Shown here one piece after another: positions 60,717 to 64,000 of a stretch of 64,000 bases of DNA (position 1 is the first letter of the stretch; the number at the start of each line of letters is the position of its first letter). Both the position numbers and the translations under genes were made by a program. Under the pieces are notes generated by a model, which saw only the letters and a list, made by a program, of their open reading frames with translations, was not told where the DNA came from and made no database searches. Source of the stretch: Spirulina sp. (GTDB lineage: Bacteria > Cyanobacteriota > Cyanobacteriia > Phormidesmidales > Phormidesmidaceae); contig JBIPSI010000016.1 in assembly GCA_044070495.1 (NCBI GenBank), forward strand, positions 74,450-138,449, in the 5' to 3' direction.

Positions 60717-62585
60717 TTAGGTTTGCTCACTCACCGTACCTACTCTGAGCAAGCTCGAAAATCGAGAGGTGGGATCGTGGACTAGGGTAGCGCGATCGCC
60801 GTACTCCACGACCTGCCCCCGCTCCAAAATCAAAATCTGGTCGGCCCGCTCCACGGTCTTCAGTCGATGGGCGATGATAATCCCGGTGCGATTTTGCAGC
60901 AGCCGATCCACTGCTCGCTCAATCCACTGCTCCGTCTGCGGATCGAGGCGTGATGAGGCTTCATCCAGCACCACCAGCCCCGGACTTTTGAGAAACACCC
61001 GCGCAAAGGCCAGCAACTGTGCCTGCCCTGCCGACAAACCTCCGCTATCGGCCCCAAGTTCTGTATCCAGACCCGCTGGCAGCGCTTCCAGCCAGGGCAT
61101 CAGGCCCAGTTCCTCTAGGGTTTGCAGAATCGCGTCATCTGCAATGTGGGGATTAAAAAACGTCAGATTGTTACGCACGCTGGTTTGAAACAATTGCACA
61201 TCCTGGGTCACAAACCCCACATGGTGCGGCAATTCTCGCAACGGCACCTGGGCAATATCCACCCCGCCCAGCCGAATTTGCCCTTGCTGAACGTCGTATA
61301 GCCGCAGCAACAACCGCGCCAGGGTGCTCTTACCGCTGCCCGTGCGGCCCAGTAGGCCAAGGGTTTGTCCGGCAGGCAGGTGGAAAGTGATGTTCTGAAG
61401 AGTATCCGGTGCTGACCTTACGATTTCAGAGGTTACGCCTAGGGTCTGATGTCTAGATTGCCGATTGACGGGAGCGCTCAATATTTCGAGATCACCATCT
61501 TCCCTGACCCCTGTCGCTCGCAGCCGTTCGCTCTTCTCTCCATACCCAAACCACACGTTGTCAAACTCCACCGACAGCGCCCCCGTGGGCAAAACCCCGT
61601 GGCCACCAAGACTCACCTGAGGCTGGTGCCGCAGAAGATCCTGAATGCGCTGGAGGCTGGCCTGGGCCTGCTGGAGTTGCTCTAGCTCTTCGCGAATGCG
61701 CTCGATGGGGTCTTGCAGCAGGGTGGCGTAGTAAAAGAGCAGATAGACGGTGCCTAGGGTGATGGCAGATTGGCTCCAAAGATAAGCCCCGACCGCCAAG
61801 GCGATGGCATTGCCCAGGGTAAACAGCCCCACGGTGCTACCCCACAGCAGCGTGCTGGTAAAGCGGGCCTGGTGAAAGGCCGCCAACCATTGCCGCAGAA
61901 GTTTGTAAAACCGATCCATGACGTAGCTGGCGGCCCCATTGGCGCGGATATCCTCAAGTCCGCTGAGGTATTCGGCCACAAAACCGTAAAATTCGGCACT
62001 GACCTGGCGGTAAATGCCCCAGGGGCCAATGGCCAGGGTTTGCAGTCGCCCCAGCACCCCAAAGGCCACCAGGGCAAACAGGCTAAGGCTGAGGCCCGCC
62101 CGCCAATCTTCAAGCCACAAAATCGTTAGAATACCCACCACCAGGAGGCCATTGCCCACCACCTGCAACACAAACTGCGAGAAAAACCGCGACAGGGCAT
62201 CCACATCACCATCGACCCGTTCCACTAGTTCTCCGGGGGTGTGGGCATTGTGAAAAGCCACATCCAACCCCATGACATGGCGAGACAGATCCAGGCGCAG
62301 GGCATTGGTGGCCCTCCAAGCAATGGTTTCGCTAAAGCAGGTCGTTAGAATGGCTAGCCCCTGCTGTACCAGGGCAATGGCCATAAATGCCCCTGCCGCC
62401 CATACCAACACCCGCTGCGATCCACCCGCCATCGCCGTATCAATGAAGTAGCGCAAAAGCTGGGGGTTCAGCAACTGCAAGCCAATGCCGCTCAGCAGGG
62501 TCATCGCCAACCCCAAAAACCTCTCCCGCTGAGGGTTTAGATAGGTTGCTAAAATTGTGCGATACCCTGGTGCTGCTGCTCCCAT
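60717..62585 (-). CDS. ABC transporter permease/ATPase (likely partner of 47970-49898)
   Basis: TMD, GRTGSGKST, LSAGQAQ, VLDEASS, IAHRL; start uncertain. Confidence 0.9.
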   Translation of the reverse strand: MGAAAPGYRTILATYLNPQRERFLGLAMTLLSGIGLQLLNPQLLRYFIDTAMAGGSQRVLVWAAGAFMAIALVQQGLAILTTCFSETIAWRATNALRLDLSRHVMGLDVAFHNAHTPGELVERVDGDVDALSRFFSQFVLQVVGNGLLVVGILTILWLEDWRAGLSLSLFALVAFGVLGRLQTLAIGPWGIYRQVSAEFYGFVAEYLSGLEDIRANGAASYVMDRFYKLLRQWLAAFHQARFTSTLLWGSTVGLFTLGNAIALAVGAYLWSQSAITLGTVYLLFYYATLLQDPIERIREELEQLQQAQASLQRIQDLLRHQPQVSLGGHGVLPTGALSVEFDNVWFGYGEKSERLRATGVREDGDLEILSAPVNRQSRHQTLGVTSEIVRSAPDTLQNITFHLPAGQTLGLLGRTGSGKSTLARLLLRLYDVQQGQIRLGGVDIAQVPLRELPHHVGFVTQDVQLFQTSVRNNLTFFNPHIADDAILQTLEELGLMPWLEALPAGLDTELGADSGGLSAGQAQLLAFARVFLKSPGLVVLDEASSRLDPQTEQWIERAVDRLLQNRTGIIIAHRLKTVERADQILILERGQVVEYGDRATLVHDPTSRFSSLLRVGTVSEQT

Positions 62586-62999
62586 GGCAAGCCTACGGTA
62601 CAAAGAACTCAGCCCACAGCTTATCGGCTGGCACGTCTCAAAAGGATTCCTAGACGGAGTATCTTGGCTCCTAGCGGGAGGAGACAACGCTCAGAGGTGC
62701 TGCTCCTATGGGCCAACATCAGCCCCCTAGCCGATTGAGGTGGTTTGACTGAAATTGGGACGTCATAATAGATCGTCTGCGGCTGGCGTTCGAGATCCAG
62801 GTGATAGTGCGGGCTGACTGACACAACCCCAAAAAGCATTGATTTCTAGCCGTGTGCCCTAACGAGCGGCGTGGCCAAGCCTCCAACCCAAAAGTCTGAG
62901 AGGATATTTGGAAAGTATCAATTCATGCTACGGAGGCTCGCGTGAGGGGTTTAAGACCTCATCTCCGTGTTTTCAAAGTGACGTGGGGCGTGCCTTTGG

Positions 63000-63845
63000 G
63001 GTAGTACATTAATGCACGGGACGGAGGAAAATCAGGCTACGCCACCACGATAACCGGGGAGACAAGCACATGGCCATCGAGATGACTTGTCCGACCTGTG
63101 GGTCTCACGATATCTCCAAGAACGGCACCAGCCATCGGGGGAAGCAAAATTACAAATGTCGGGACTGTGGCCGTCAATTCGTGGAGAACCCGCAATGGCA
63201 ACCGAAACCGAAGGAGACCAAGGCACTGGTGAATCGGTTGTGACACGAGACGATCCCCCTAGCAGGCATTGCCCGTGCGACGGAGACGTCGGAGGATTGG
63301 GTACAAGGTCAGGCCAATGCGACCTATGCGTCGGTTTCCCAAGTCGCGGAGGTTGTCCCCAAGGCGAAAGGCCGCCTGAAGGTTCAGATGGATGAACTGT
63401 GGTCGTTTATGGATCATCAAGGGAACAAGCCATGGGTGGGTCTCGCCATGGATGCCGAGACTCGAGAAGTGATGGGCTGTTATATTGGCGACCGTTCTCG
63501 GGCGTCGGCGAGGGCGCTCTGGCAGTCCATTCCAGCGGTCTATCGCCAATGCGCCAAGGTCTATACGGACGTTTGGGACGCCTACGTTACGGTGATTCCG
63601 AGCCAACGCCATGAGGCGGTGGGCAAAGACAGTGGCATGACCAGTTACATCGAGCGCTTGAACAACACGTTGAGGCAGCGGGTGGCGCGACTGGTGAGAA
63701 AGACCCTGTCGTGCTCCAAGAAGCTCAAGAACCACATTGGGGCGATCTGGCTGTTCATCCATGACTACAATCGCGGCATCCGAGAGAAGCTGGCGAAACA
63801 AGGTAATCCGGTCTTTTCCTCTAGCCTGCACTAAAATGCACTACC
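63000..63845 (+). mobile_element. IS1 family element, 846 bp
   Basis: IRs GGTAGTACATTAATGCA and TGCACTAAAATGCACTACC enclosing an InsA/InsB-type transposase; no target duplication seen. Confidence 0.9.
63070..63834 (+). pseudogene. IS1 transposase, single frame with TGA at 63241-63243
   Basis: Zn ribbon CPTCGS...YKCRDCGRQF in frame with MDELWSF...YTDVW...IERLNNTLRQR. Confidence 0.88.
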
Positions 63846-63884
63846 AGATTTTGTTCGTGAACGCAAACCCTCTCTGGCATTGCC

Positions 63885-64000
63885 ATGGCAAAAATCACCC
63901 TCGACATCCCAGACGAGCTGCTCGACCAACTCTCCGAGCTAGGCCAACCTATCGCAGACTGGCTACCCCAGCAGTTGCCCAGCCTGCTTACCCAAGGCCG
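63885..64000 (+). CDS. Partial ORF running off the window end
   Basis: MAKITLDIPDELLDQL..., antitoxin/RHH-like N-terminus. Confidence 0.5.
   Translation, partial: MAKITLDIPDELLDQLSELGQPIADWLPQQLPSLLTQG

Overview
Cyanobacterial chromosomal window, probably a filamentous Leptolyngbya/Nodosilinea-like organism and probably diazotrophic because it carries cnfR/patB. From left to right: (1) an HD-less type III-B cmr operon (cas10/cmr2, cmr3, cmr4, cmr5, fused cmr6-cmr1) with no array inside the window; (2) small conserved genes, a DUF4160/DUF2442 pair bracketed by two related hairpin elements, and an HUH/Y1 (RAYT-like) gene split by a four-helix-bundle cassette with heptamer repeats, convergent on a NACHT-GUN4 gene whose tail has poly-G tracts followed by stops in all three frames; (3) smtA/smtB, cnfR and tRNA-Thr(CGT); (4) a HIP1-rich island of about 23 kb with a sigma factor, DUF1822, CHAT-CHASE2, DUF928, an FHA-type exoprotein, TPR-CHAT and ShlB, wrapped around cargo genes (PAS/MinD/SulP, patatin, two Evf-like paralogues) that share a four-times repeated TGCATAC-N14-CCGTAT promoter-like motif; (5) selO, hli, feoABC and a Fur/AraC-type siderophore uptake cluster; (6) a nonsense-inactivated IS1. 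All family calls come from motif recognition by eye, not from database searches.
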